Shown here: positions 27,548 through 40,200 of the stretch, one piece after another
How the letters are laid out: each line of letters starts with the position of its first letter
How positions within the stretch are numbered: the first letter of the stretch is position 1
NCBI RefSeq assembly: GCF_000143415.4
Contig: NW_003314376.1
Span: 1-64,000, forward strand
DNA: 64,000 nt
Direction of reading: 5' to 3'
DNA from: Selaginella moellendorffii
Taxonomy: Eukaryota; Plantae; Lycopodiophyta
The notes under the pieces: model-generated
Seen by the model: only the letters and a program-made list of their open reading frames with translations
Told to the model about the DNA's origin: nothing
Database searches by the model: none
Position numbers and translations under genes: made by a program

Positions 27548-27995
27548 AATATGTTTGATTATTGGATCGTTCCAGGCGTTTTGACCGATTTTACTGGTGT
27601 TGACCTCTGGGGGAGCTATGGATGGATGTTGCACCGTGAGACTGTCAACAGAGCAATGCATAGATATTTATCTTGTGTTTCTTTTTCCCACATTTTTGCA
27701 AACGAGTAAACAAGTTTCGTTCACTGCAAGTACATTAGGATTGAGCCTGGAAAGGAGTTGCCATCAAATTAAAGATGTTGAAATATTGAGCATTTCGTGA
27801 TTGTGAGATTAAATCGCTGTTCACATCTAGGTTTGGGCTCTTTGGCATGCTCAGTTCAAGTCCGACAATCCACAGCACTTGTTTTTTTCACAAAGCCAAA
27901 AGTACCTCTTTATTTTCTATTTTCTAAGTCAAGGGTTAGGTTATAATCTTTCTCGCTTGGATTTTTCTATTGTCGAAGCTCTCGTCAGGTAAGCT

Positions 27996-28745
27996 ATGGT
28001 CTCTTGCGCTCACGCCGCCCCAACGCTTGCCCGCCGAGCTCCAGCGCCCTGGCATGGGGGCCATCACCGAGCTTCACACCCGCGAGCTCCAGCTCTAGCT
28101 CCAGCACATCCACCACACCACCATGGACACCATCCTCGAGGAGCCCACGAGCCAGTGCCAGGTTTAGCTCCAGTTCTTCAAGGTGACGCTCCAGTTCGAG
28201 CCCCAGCGCCAGCTGCTTTCGTTCACCCTGCTCACGGCCACCCTGATCATCTAGCTCCAGCGCCTGATGCTCGCCACCACGATCCAGCTCCAGCAGCAGC
28301 AGTGTACCATCATCATCACGGTGATGGAGCTCCTCTGGTTGTTCACCACCATCACCATGGTCACCACCATGGAGGACGCCACAACCACCACCACCACCAC
28401 CACCATCGTCGCGAGGGTCACGACGCAGCAGTGGCCACACCAACACCCGCAGCAGTAGTTACAGTGGTTCGGAGGACGCCGTGGTCGCTGCTCCAGCTTC
28501 TTCTGTGGGTTTTGGTTGCGATCTTGGTGCTGCTCGCATGCTTTTTGCTCGTGCGATGGATGTTCTCTCGGAGGAAGCAACGCAGTAATGCGATCTTTCA
28601 GGATCCCGGGTGGCAGATCGAAGTTGTGGTGGACGATTCTCTGACTGAGAAGAAACAGCTGGAAGCTCACACTCGTGGTTCACACAGCAATGGCACTCTG
28701 GGATTCTCCTCAAAGTGTCCTGCCAACACTGGCAGTGACGCGTAA
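27996..28745 (+). CDS. His/Pro/Ala-rich single-pass membrane protein (copy 2)
   Basis: 249-aa ORF that differs from copy 1 only by substitutions and in-frame indels. Confidence 0.65.
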   Translation: MVSCAHAAPTLARRAPAPWHGGHHRASHPRAPALAPAHPPHHHGHHPRGAHEPVPGLAPVLQGDAPVRAPAPAAFVHPAHGHPDHLAPAPDARHHDPAPAAAVYHHHHGDGAPLVVHHHHHGHHHGGRHNHHHHHHHRREGHDAAVATPTPAAVVTVVRRTPWSLLQLLLWVLVAILVLLACFLLVRWMFSRRKQRSNAIFQDPGWQIEVVVDDSLTEKKQLEAHTRGSHSNGTLGFSSKCPANTGSDA

Positions 28746-29254
28746 GTCAGCACGGTGCATGCCTTGTCACATGGAAGATTGTGTACAAACAATCTTCAAG
28801 GAGATGAAGTTGCAAGCAGGGTCTTGCTCACGGACGGTGAAGATCACATACAAGGGTCCACTGGTGGAAGTCATCAGACTTGGAAGTTATTGCGCAGCTG
28901 GCTCGGAACATGGACTGGAAAATAGAGCAGGAACCTACCAAGTTTCGATTTGACTGAGCTATCCTCTAGAGGTGACGGGGGAGCAGACGTTAGTGCACCT
29001 TCAAAGGCCAGAGAAGTTGCTTGAGACGAAAGGTTTGAGAAAAGGTAATGTACTACTTTTGCTCTCTGTCTTGCAGGTGCTCAAATCTCAACTTCGATGA
29101 GAAGAAGCAGAGCAGGGCATAGCGGCCAGATAAGTTTCTCCAGAGTCAAGAGCATCATAAGCCGGGAATCAAGCAAGTGCAAAATTGTGGAAGTATGGTC
29201 GAAGTCTACACTGCGGCTTGTTTGACAGGATGGGACGAAGAACAGGATAGGTTG

Positions 29255-29754
29255 GTCTACCTCGCAAATTAAGCCAATGCATTCGTCGCAAGCAGCCTCG
29301 TGGACATGTGGAAGCATCAGAAGTGTTCAGGAGGACAAAGAAACACGACGTTGGTTGCCTGGAACACGATCATCATGGGACATGCACGTCTTCTATCAGA
29401 TGCAACGAGAAGCTGGCCTGCCTCCAAACGCTGAGACTTTGCATGGAGCAGCAAAACGTCGTTTCCTGGGAACAACCTTTGCTCTTGACTGCTACGAGCA
29501 AGCCGCAGCCAAACGCTCAGACTTTCATGGTGGCGCTCAAGGCACTTAGCAGAGAAGAGGCTCCACTCGCAGATCTGGGAGAGAAATCTGGAGGGAATCC
29601 ACTACTCAGCGTGGTCGCTCAATTAGAGAAAAGCTTTTCTTGGGAGGTCGGTAAACTTTGCAAGGAAAGAGTGTCATGCAAGGTTGATGGAGCCGTCAAT
29701 CAAAGATGGTACCTGAAAAGACGCGAAAGGATCTTAGCTGGCACACCTTGGTGA
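29255..29754 (+). pseudogene. Degenerate PPR gene fragment
   Basis: 'NAFVASSLVDM', 'QNVVSW', 'PQPNAQTFMVALKA'. Confidence 0.65.
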
Positions 29755-29902
29755 AGAGATAAAAAATATGAGAGACAATACTTATCTCTTAATTAATTTG
29801 CTGTAGTATCATTCATTGAGTAATTTAGTTATAAACTTATTTAAGATTAATATTATAGTTGAATAAACAATAAATTGCTGCGCATTGTTTGCTTTTGTTT
29901 TT

Positions 29903-31810
29903 AAATATTTTTTATTATGATATATAATTTGTTATGATCTGTCCAATATGCAGGTGCTATTCCTGCTTTTGTATATATTATATCTTTTATCCATATATGA
30001 TCTATTAATTTATTATTATGTGTATTCTTTCTCCATTATTGTTTGAAGTGGTTTTACTTCTTCTATTTGGTAGTCAATATTAAAATCTCCTGTAATTATT
30101 ACTTGTTTTTTATTATCTATTTTCTATATATATTTTTGTAGTTGTTTTATGAATATATGTATATTTGTTCCAGGTTTTCTAGGTAAATTTATTATCTGTA
30201 ATTTGTTTTATTTTTTTCTAGTGATACATATGACATTGCCATTATTTCTGTTTTTAAAGGTTCTACTATTTCTGATTTGTAGTCATTTGTATGCAATATT
30301 GCTATATGTGGGGGTTGTTCATGTATATATGATTTATATTTGTTAAAATTTAAATCCTCATGTTTTTGTGTTCTTACTTCTTTCATACATATTATATCTG
30401 ATGTTAATAGTTGTGAATCACTCTTTATATCTTCTTGATGTGCAGTAATAGATCTTGTATTTAGAACTTGTATAATTGTTTGGTTTGCTTTTCTTTCTTC
30501 TTGTAAATCCATTAAATCAATTTGCCATGGTGCTTCTGTTGTCATTCTTATTATTTCTTTAGCTACATCTTTATTGATTTTAATATGTTTATGTTCAATT
30601 GGTCTATTTAAATGTATCCTTTTTAGTGTTTGTGCTCTTGATAATGCGGTATATGCTTGTCTTGGATATTTTGTTTTATATGGGTCATATCCTAATTGCA
30701 TAACTATTGATCCTTGTGCTTTATGTATTGTTCTTCCTGCACATGGTTGTACTGGAAATTGGGTTCTACTTATAATATAGTTTTTATTTTTAGTAATATT
30801 TATTGTTCTTGTTATTTTTTTTATTGGTGTCCAGTTTTTCTCATTATTTTTCTTTATTGTTATGTTTTCTTTAGCTCTTGTTTTTTCACCTATTTTTATA
30901 TTTGGGAATTCTATCCACATTATTTGTTATTCTTCAATTTGGGTTACATCTTGTAATACTCCATTTGCTCCATTTACTAATCCATCTTCTGTTGCTATAT
31001 TTTGTTTTATTTCAATTGCCATTTTCTTTTTCAAATGTAATATTTATGTAGTCCTTGTGTTTTTCTTGTGTCATCTAGCAGTGTGAAATGTGTAGGACAG
31101 GAATTTCCATGTTTGTCTTGTGCTTCTATAATTATATCTTTACCTTGTATGTGTTGTATTATTTTTTCATTATGTTCTCTTACTTGTTCATTAGTTGCAA
31201 ATATAGAATAGTATTCTGTGTTATATGTATCTGTGGTGACTTTTTTATTTATATATTCTAGCTCTTTATCTGTTTGTTCTCCTATATTTATTTTATTTAA
31301 AGCTTTTATAAAGATTATATCATCTTTTTGCCTCATTATTTCAGTAAGTTCATAGATTTTAAAATTATTTTTCCATGAGTGGTGTATGGAGACATCATTT
31401 TCAGGTCTATATGTTCTTGTTGAATAAATTGGTGCTTCAAATGTAGGATTTAATTGATAGAAATCACCTGTAAATATATAATCCATCCCACCAAAGTCTA
31501 TTCCATATGTTGTTTTGAAGCTTTCACATCTTCTATTTATATCTTGTAGCATTTCTATACTTACCATTTCATCTATTACTAAACATTTTATTGTTGAAAA
31601 CTTTCTTTTATATTTATCTAATGTGTCATTTGTTAATATTGTTTGACATTATTTTGATGCTTCTGGTCGAAATGCAAAAGCTGAATGTATTGTTGAACCA
31701 TTTATATTACAAGCTAATTTTCTTGTAGGTGTTGTTATTAATATTGTTTGTCCTGGTTCATTATTTATATCTTGGTTTGTTTTATAATATCGTTTGAGTG
31801 TTTTTATAAG
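29903..31810 (-). mobile_element. Helentron-type Helitron, 3' part: PIF1 helicase fused to an APE-like endonuclease (frameshifted)
   Basis: Helicase motifs 'INGSTIHSAF', 'LVIDE', 'FGGMDYIFTGDFYQLNP', 'ELTEIMRQKDD', 'QFPVQPCAGRTIHKAQG', 'AYTALSRA'. Endonuclease motifs 'LNTRSI', 'DIICMKE', 'IITGDFNID', 'LIDHIW', 'YWTDH'. Confidence 0.88.
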
Positions 31811-32998
31811 TGTAGCACATGTGATCATGGGATGAGATTTGGATATACTATCACCGTGGATCCTTGGAACCTTGGGGGAGAAATGGGGATAAAATAGCCA
31901 CTAAGGGCTCTCTCATCAAGCAATTGCCCCTTTTCCAATTGGCTTAAAAGGAGAGAGATAAAGTGTGCTATAGTTGGTATCAGAGCAAATAGCATGGGTT
32001 CGATTCCCATTAATTAGTGGCTACTTAAAAAATAATATACCCTTGAGCAAGGTATATTCTTACCCCTAAATTTGAAATAATATCTATTGGACATCCATGC
32101 GTACATCCTTCCTCTTGTGTAGAGTATCCACGGACGAAGGTATTCACCGTGGAACTACGGTACGGATGGATGACTAGTTGCCTCACATGAAATAGCTGTT
32201 AGTCAATAGTCAATGAGGACATTGACATCTCTGAAAGGGGGAGTATCCACGGACGAAGGTATCCACCGTGGGACTGCGGTACGAGTGGATGATTAGTTGC
32301 CTCACATGAAATAGCTATTAGTCAATAGTCAATGAGAACAAATAGCTATTAGTCAATAGTCAATGAAGACATTGACATATCTGAAGGGGGGAGTATCCAC
32401 GGACGAAGGTATCCACCATGGGACTGTGGTACGAGTGGATGATTAGTTGCCTCACATGAAATAGCTATTAGTCAATAGTCAATGAGGACATTGACATCAC
32501 GGACGAAGGTATCCACCGTGGGACTGCGGTACGAGTGGATGATTAGTTGCCTCACATGAAATAGCTATTAGTCAATAGTTAATGAGGACATTGACATCTC
32601 TGAAGGGGGGAGTATCCACGGACGAAGGTATCCACCGTGGGACCGCGGTACGAGTGGATGATTAGTTGCCTCACATGAAATAGCTATTAGTCAATAGTTA
32701 ATGAGGACATTGACATCTCTGAAGGGGGGAGTATCCACGGACGAAGGTATCCACCGTGGGACTGCGGTACGAGTGGATGATTAGTTGCCTCACATGAAAT
32801 AGCTATTAGTCAATAGTCAATGAGGACATTGACATCTCTGAAGGGGGGGTGAGTGTAGCGCATGTGATCATGGGATGAGATTTGGATATACTGTCACCGT
32901 GGATCCTTGGAACCTTGGGGGATAAATGGGGATAAAATAGCCACTAAGGGCTCTCTCATAAAAAAATTGCCCCTTTTCTAGTTGGCTTAAGGGGAGAG
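31811..32998 (+). mobile_element. TRIM-like miniature LTR retrotransposon with an internal tandem array
   Basis: 162-bp LTR 31811-31972 (TGTAGCAC...GTGCTATA), Met-i PBS TGGTATCAGAGC at 31975-31986, PPT AAGGGGGGG at ~32841, second LTR from 32854 running into the gap. No coding capacity. Confidence 0.88.
32122..32850 (+). repeat. Six ~119-bp tandem units inside the TRIM
   Basis: Units start 'gagtatccacggacgaagg' at ~32122, 32241, 32391, ~32497 (5'-truncated), 32610 and 32729. One unit has an internal 31-bp duplication. Confidence 0.93.
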
Positions 32999-33098
32999 NN
33001 NNNNNNNNNNNNNNNNNNNNNNNNNNNNNNNNNNNNNNNNNNNNNNNNNNNNNNNNNNNNNNNNNNNNNNNNNNNNNNNNNNNNNNNNNNNNNNNNNN
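32999..33098. other. Assembly gap (100 N, size probably unknown)
   Basis: Run of n. A noisy copy of the TRIM LTR follows at 33099-33244. Confidence 0.97.
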
Positions 33099-36000
33099 TA
33101 GCGCAAGGGGATCAGGGAAGAGAATTGGAAAAACGGTCACCGGGAATCCCGGAAGCCTTGGGGGAAAATGGGGATAAAATAGCCATAAAGGCTTCTCTCA
33201 TAAAGCAATCGCCCCTTTGCCAGTTGGCTTAAGGGGAGAAAGATTGTAAGCGACTAATTTTTCCATTCTACTTTAGTCACTTAACCACACCTCTGACCGC
33301 ATGGAGGAGTCTCATTCACAACCTCCTTAAGTCCAATTCAGGACTTGGGACTTGCTAGTCCCAAGAATGGCATCCATGCCACTCAACCCTTGCACTTGGT
33401 CCAAGTGCTCCACGTGTCCAGTCCCATGACCGACACCCAAGGTACCACCAACATACCAACCTGTTACGCTAGGCCATGCCCATTCACCTTGGTCATATCG
33501 GTGGTCCAACACCACCTGCATTGCAACCCCGTCTCTCCAAGACTGGGCCTTCCGTTCACGAGTGGTCATCCCAAATCCACTCCTTAGCATCCTTAGGATG
33601 CCCACAGACATGGGGAATAACCTTCCCCAACATCCCTTTATCAGTTCCTACCAAGTCCCTTTTCCGCCATGACTATGTTCACCAATACTGCCACTAGATC
33701 AAGGCCTGCAGGCCTAGCCACTAAGTCCCATTGTCCTTTGGGACTTCCTCACCGTGTGACCGTATCTCAATGGAACCTCGCTCTAAGCCCATGGCTAGAG
33801 CATCTAAAGGCGAAAGGTGGGGAGAGTACCCACAGGGCTCGCATAGGGCCACGGTGTTCCGAAATGTTATCTTGAAGTCCCAAATGGGGGAAAGAAGGAG
33901 GAGCAACCCTCTAGTGTATTGACTACAGGTATCCAAGTAGGTAGTGCCACCCACACTTGGACTGGGAGCATCGGCCAGTCGATCTCTAGGGGGAAATAGA
34001 GCCAACTCTTGAACACTTCACCAAGCTACCCCGCTTGTCGGTCCGTATTCACTCTAATCTTGGACTTCCTAGTGGTCAGTTCATCACCCAACACTAGGTC
34101 TGGCCTTCCTGGGCCAAACTGGCCTTTCCTGGCCAAATTGGCTCTACTGCAGTCCTCCCCCTACTATACTTTTGAAGCTCACCAAACCCCCAGGGTCTGG
34201 GAGATGAACGCTTTGGGCTTTCACCCTCTTAGACTCGAACTCGGACTTGGACTCAGACTCGGACTTGGGCTCGGTCTCGGCCTTGGCCTCAGTCTTGGTC
34301 TTGGTCCCGGTCTCGGTCTTGGTCCCAGTCTTGGTCTTGGTCCTAGTCTCGGTCTTGGTCTCGGTCTCGACTTCGGACTCCATCTCGGGACCTTCTCGGA
34401 TTCCATCTCAGGTCCTTCTCGGACTCCATCTCGGACTCCATCTCAAACTCCATCTTGTGTCCATCTCGGGTCCATCTTGGACTCCATCTCTGGTCCATCT
34501 CGGACTCAATCTCGGGTCCATTTTGGGTCCACCTCGGACTCCACCTCAGACTCCATCTTGGACTCCATCTTGGACTCCATCTTGGACTCCACCTCAAACT
34601 CCATCTTGGACACTTCCACGTGTCATGTTTTGGTCCTCTTATGTCCCCTTTTCTAGAGACTCACTCATGGCTCACCTCGTGCTTGTTCCTCAAGCCCTTC
34701 ATTGGGAGTTCCACTCCCACTCTCAACCTTTTCAAGTCGAAGCTTTTAGTCCAAACATGTTATGCTCGTTTGGCTTTCGCTTTGGCCACTACCATGTGGT
34801 GCCCTTTTGGCTCCACTTTGGGGCCTAGGGATTTTGTGTCTCACAACTCCACCACCCATAGACGAAGTTCGACGTCCTCATCGAACGATAAACCGTTTTA
34901 TAAAGTAACACTAGCATGTATTACCTTCTCCATCCTTGGCACTTAACCAATATTCGTCAATGGTTTGACACCGAAGGCTCACCATGCCTTGTCCAACCTC
35001 TTAGGAGCATAGTGTCTCCAACATAGAGACTCATTTGACCACCTCAGGTGGTTCTCTCCCTTTTATTGGGTTTGCTCTCGCTAAACCCATTAGAGACCCG
35101 TTCTTTATCTCAATCCCACTACTCATTCTCGAGTAATCCCAACTTCTATTAACATAACCAATTCACCTTGGAACTTTTAATTTTGACTTCTTGAAGTCAA
35201 TTTCTTTGGTGTCTTTGACACCTTTCACTGCATATATTGTGCAACTTCACTTCCCATCCTAAGAAGCTCCCCACTTGAGGGTGGCATCGTCCTCCTTTCT
35301 ATTTTATGCCACTTTAGGCACTAAGTTCCAGCCATTGTAAGTTATGCTAGAGCTATCCATGGCCCTATCCTTTGGCTATTTCGCCGCTCCCTCCCTTAGA
35401 GCTTTCACCTTTGCCAACTTAGAGCATTTGGGAATCCATCCTTAGAAGCACACTTCTTTTCTCACAATCCATTAGCATCCAACACATTAGTGTTTCATGC
35501 CTAACTTTGCCATTTGGATTCCTTCTAATGAACTCCATAGCCCACACTTGGCCACTAGTCTTTATCCATTGATTGTTGCACAGAGTAACATAGGATTACT
35601 ACCTCCATTCTCGAGGGATCCTTTTGGTTCCATGGCAAAGGCTCTACTTTGCTAAGTCCAGCAGGTGCTCACCCCTAGTAGGTCTCTTTAACAATTTCTA
35701 CTACGGGCTTTGTCCACGGGCCCAACTTTGCGACCCTCCCATGGGTCTCTCCCCGAGACTACTTTCTTGGACTTACTATACCATCGTATGGGCACAACTG
35801 ATTTCCCTTTAGGTGTCCTTCCCACTTGGTCACCTCAACTATTATCAATAGTTCAAATCAACACTTTGAACTAGGAATCATATTCCTTAACCCAAACAAA
35901 GATCTTATCTTTGTTTAGCCACAAAATCACATGGTGATCTCATCTTAACCCCTTAACAGGTCTACCAATAGGAACTAAGTCTTCTAGACCCTTTTAAATT

Positions 36001-37230
36001 GTTGACTATGACCCCGGGGGCATCCCCCACACTTGGCAGTGCACCCAAGCTAGCCTTTCCGGCCAAGGATCCATAACAACTGAGACTAGGTGTCCCCATC
36101 TCATTCACCACGTCCTTGGTGCCCTTTGCACCAAAGTGTTCAAGTTAGATATGTCGAACTTTCACTCTAAACAATCTAACCATGCATCATGACTCTGAGG
36201 CATCCCTCGCTTGGCAGTGTGCCCAAACCAGTCTCCTCACTAAGAGTCCATGACCATTGAAATATGAGTATTCTTATATTCCAAATTATCACCACACCCT
36301 AGTGATTTGGGACTCGAACCCAAGCACTAGAGGGTTGGGACTCGAACCCAACCTTTGTATATGCATCTACGGATGGCATCACCCTAGATGCCTGGAGATG
36401 CCTGGCGTGACTCCCCACGCCGGTGCACCAATTTATACTTAAAGTGCGCTATAGATCACAGCTTAGGAACCTAGTTCCCCCGCACTACCAAGTCCTCTCA
36501 CTTGACAAGTTTGTGATCATGCATGGACTCTTCCATGCTCAGCCCCATGGGCCACTTTTTTTGAAGTTAGCACCTTCAACTAGGGGATTTGTCCCCCTGA
36601 CTTGCCAATCTCACTTAGCAAGTCATCCGGCCACCATAACATGGTTCATGCATAAGCATGAAAGTCCTTAACAATCGACTGTCATACAAAGCCCTCTCTT
36701 TGAACACTCGGGAACTACTTCCCCAACCTTGATAGCCTCGCCTCATGGCTAGCTTCAAGACCACGCTTCTGCTGTGCCACTCCGATTTTGCGCGCTCTAG
36801 GAACCATTTACACTTGGCCTTTCTAGGTACTAAACTACCTAGAATTGTCTTTGGGAATTTGAAGGAACTTTGTCCCTTAGCTTGCTAAAGCCTCTCTTTT
36901 TGCAAACTTTCCAATTGCCATATGGTCTAGTATGAACAATTCCATGCTTTAGCTAATAACAATATACTCAAGCGCCCACTTGATTCTCCACTCTTAACTG
37001 ACATAACCACTCTTGGTTATGCTCTTTGATTCCTATAGTTTGTTTCTATCCCCTTACTACTTGCTTTTGGCCTCACACATTTTCTTCGGTTATTCTCCTC
37101 TAAACTAAGAGGATAGTTTTGCACCTTCTACTATGCCTTAGCAAGTATTCTTGGGGATGAACTTACCCGATAGCCTAGGGAGTGGTTCTTCAATCTGGGT
37201 ATGCTCACCTTATAATCCCATACACCAGGA

Positions 37231-40200
37231 TGTAAGCGACTAATTTTTCCATTCTACTTTAGTCACTTAACCACACCTCCAACCACTTAGAGGAGTCTCA
37301 TTCACAACCTCCATAAGTCCAATTTAGGACTTGGGACTTGCTAGCCCCAAGAATGGCATCCATGCCACTCCACACTTGCACCTGGTCCAAGTGCTCCACG
37401 TGTCCGGTCCCAAGACCGACACCCAAAGGTACCACTGACATCTCGGCCCGTTACACTAAGGCCATGCCCATTCACCTTTGCTGCACTAGTGGTCCAATAC
37501 CACTTGCATCACCATCCCGTCTCTCCAAGACTGGGCCATCTGTCCACGAGTGGTCATCCTGGATCCACTCCTTAGCATCCTTAGGATGCCCACAGACCTG
37601 GGGATTCGCCTTCCCGAAAGTCCCTTTGTCAGTTCCTACCAAGTCCCTTTCTGCCCCTGGCCGTGTTTGCCAACACTGCCACTGGATCGAGGCCCACAGG
37701 CCCGACCACTAAGTCCCATGGTCCTCTGGGACTTCCTCACCACACGACTGTGTCCTTGGTCACTACCCCAGAGGACTGCTCCTCTTCCTTTCCACAGTCT
37801 GGGGCTTTGGGACAACATTTCGGAACACCGTGGCCTTACGCGAGCCACCTGGGTACTCTCCTCGCCTTCTGCCCTTGGGTGCTCTAGCCATGGGCTTAGA
37901 GCGGGTTCCGTTGAGCCACACCAGGTATCCAAGTAGGTAGTGCCACCCACACTTGGACTGGGAGCATCGGCCAGTCGATCTCCCGGGGGAACTAGAGCCG
38001 GCTCTTGAACACTTCACCAAGCTACCCCGCTTGTCGGTCCGTGTTCACTCTAGTCTTGGACTTCCCAGTGGGCAGCTCATCACCCAACACTGGGTCCGGC
38101 CTTCCTGGGCCAAACTGACCTTTCCTGGCCAAACTGGCTCCACTGCAGTCCTCCCCCTTACTATACTTTTGGAGCTCACCAAACCCCCCAGGGTCTGGGA
38201 GACGAACGCTTTGGGCTTTCACCCTCTCAGGCTCCGGACTCGGACTCGGACTCGGACTCGGACTCGGACTCGGACTCGGACTCGGACTTGGGCTCGGGCT
38301 CGGTCTCGGCCTCGGCCTCGGTCTCGGTCTCGATCCCGGTCTCGGTCTCGGTCCCGGTCTTGGTCCCGGTCTCGGTCCCGGTCTCGGTCTCGACTTCGGA
38401 CTCCATCTCGGACTCCATCTCGGGTCCATCTCGGGTCCACCTCGGACTCCATCTCGGACTCCATCTCGGACTCCGTCTCGGGTCCATCTCGGGTCCATCT
38501 CGGACTCCATCTCGGACTCCATCTCGGGTCCATCTCGGACTCCATCTCGGACTCCATTTCGGGTCCATCTCGGGTCCACCTCGGACTCCATCTCGGGTCC
38601 ATCTCGGACTCCATTTCGGGTCCATCTCGGGTCCACCTCGGACTCCATCTCGGGTCCATCTCGGACTCCATCTCGGACTCCATTTCGGGTCCATCTCGGA
38701 CTCCACTTCGGACTCCAACTCGAGTCCATCTCGGACACTCCCACGTGTCATGTGTTGGTCCTTTTGGGTCCCTTTTTGGAGCCTCGCCTTTTGCTCGCTT
38801 CGTGCTCGTTCCTCGAGCACTTCGTTGGGAGTTCCACTCCCGCTCTTGACTTTTCAAGTCGGAGCTTTTGGTCCAAACGTGTTACGCTCGTTTGGCTCTC
38901 GCTTCGGCCACTACCATGTGGCGCCCTTCCATCTCCACTTTGGGGCCTAGTGATTTTGTGTCTCACAACTCCACCACCCATAGATGAAGTTCGATGTCCT
39001 CATCGAACGGTAAACCCTTTCATAAAGTAACACCCACATGTGTTACCATTTCCATCTTTGGCACCTAGCCAATCTTTGTCTATGGTTTGACATCAAAGGC
39101 TCACCATGCCTTGTCCATCCTTTAAGGAGTGTAGTCTCTCCAATTTAGAGACTGATTGGACCACATGTAATGGTTCATCCTTTTATTGGTTTAGTTCTCG
39201 CTAAACCTCTTAGAGACCCTTCTCTAAGTCAATCCCACTACTCCTTCTCGAGTAGTCTCAATTTTCATCGATATAACCTTTGCACTTTGGAACTTTGAAT
39301 TTTTGACTTCTTGGAGTCAATTTCCTAGGTGTCTCCGACACCTTGCCTTGCACCTTTTGTGCAACTCCACTTCCCATCCTAGGAAGTTCTCTACTCGAGG
39401 GCACCATCATCCTCTCTTCTATTTCGTGCCATAGTTCCAGTTATCATACTTTGTGCTAGGGCTGTTCATCGCCCTATCATTTGGCTACCTTACCGCTCCC
39501 TCCCTTGGAGCTTCCACTTTTGCCAAATCGGAGCAATTCAGAATCCCTCCTTGGAAACACACTTCCTTTCCTGCAACTTGTTAGCGTCCAACACATTAGT
39601 GTTCCTCGCTTAACTTTGTCATTTGGATCCCTTCCATTAAATTCCATGGCCCAAACTTTGGCCACTAGTCCTTTGCTCCTATCCTTGATTGTTGCACCCA
39701 GCAACATCGGATCGCTACCTCCATTTTTGAGGTATCCTTTCGGTTCCATAGCAAAGACTCTTCTTTGCCAAGTCCGGAGGATGTTCACCCCTAGTATGTC
39801 TCTTTAGCATATTCTGCTATGGGCTCTATCCATGGCCCAACTTCGTGACCCTCCCATGGGTCTTTTATAGAGACTACTTTCCTCGGACTTACTATGCCAT
39901 CGGACAGACATAGTTTATTTCCCTTAGGTGCTCTTCCCACTTGGTCATCACGACCAAGCCACACCATCTTAAACAGTTCAATTTCAACATTTTGAACCAG
40001 GAACTTCATTCCTTAGCCAACCAAGGACCTTGTCCTTATCTGGCCATAAGATCACCTAGTGATCTCACCTTGGCACCTCAACAGAGTTGCCAAGAGGTAC
40101 TTGGTCTTCTAGACCTCCAAGTTGTTGACTATAACCCCGGGGGCATCCCCCACACTTGGCGGTGCACCCAAGCTAGCCCTTACGGCCAAGGGTTCATAGC

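Larger units (their letters stand above)
26738..29887 (+). repeat. Composite module copy 2
   Basis: Near-identical to 59452-62530 (direct) and 13790-16172 (inverted). Truncated where the Helentron endonuclease end abuts it. Confidence 0.9.

Noticed and set aside
27096-27800. Short ORFs conserved across cassette copies (124 aa, 67 aa)
   Set aside because: Conservation is explained by recent duplication; no motifs, and one region overlaps the tRNA remnant.
31811-31972. Cassandra (5S rRNA-containing) LTR
   Set aside because: No recognisable 5S rRNA similarity by eye.
32122-32850. CRISPR-like array or retrozyme (hammerhead ribozyme) in the TRIM
   Set aside because: The units have no unique spacers, and no CUGANGA...GAAA hammerhead core was found on either strand of the unit or LTR.
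37953-38950. RS-rich / GL-rich long ORFs (also at 34.0-34.9, 43.7-44.7 and 47.2-48.0 kb)
   Set aside because: Stop-free by-products of the LTR hexamer/12-mer arrays, open in most frames on both strands.
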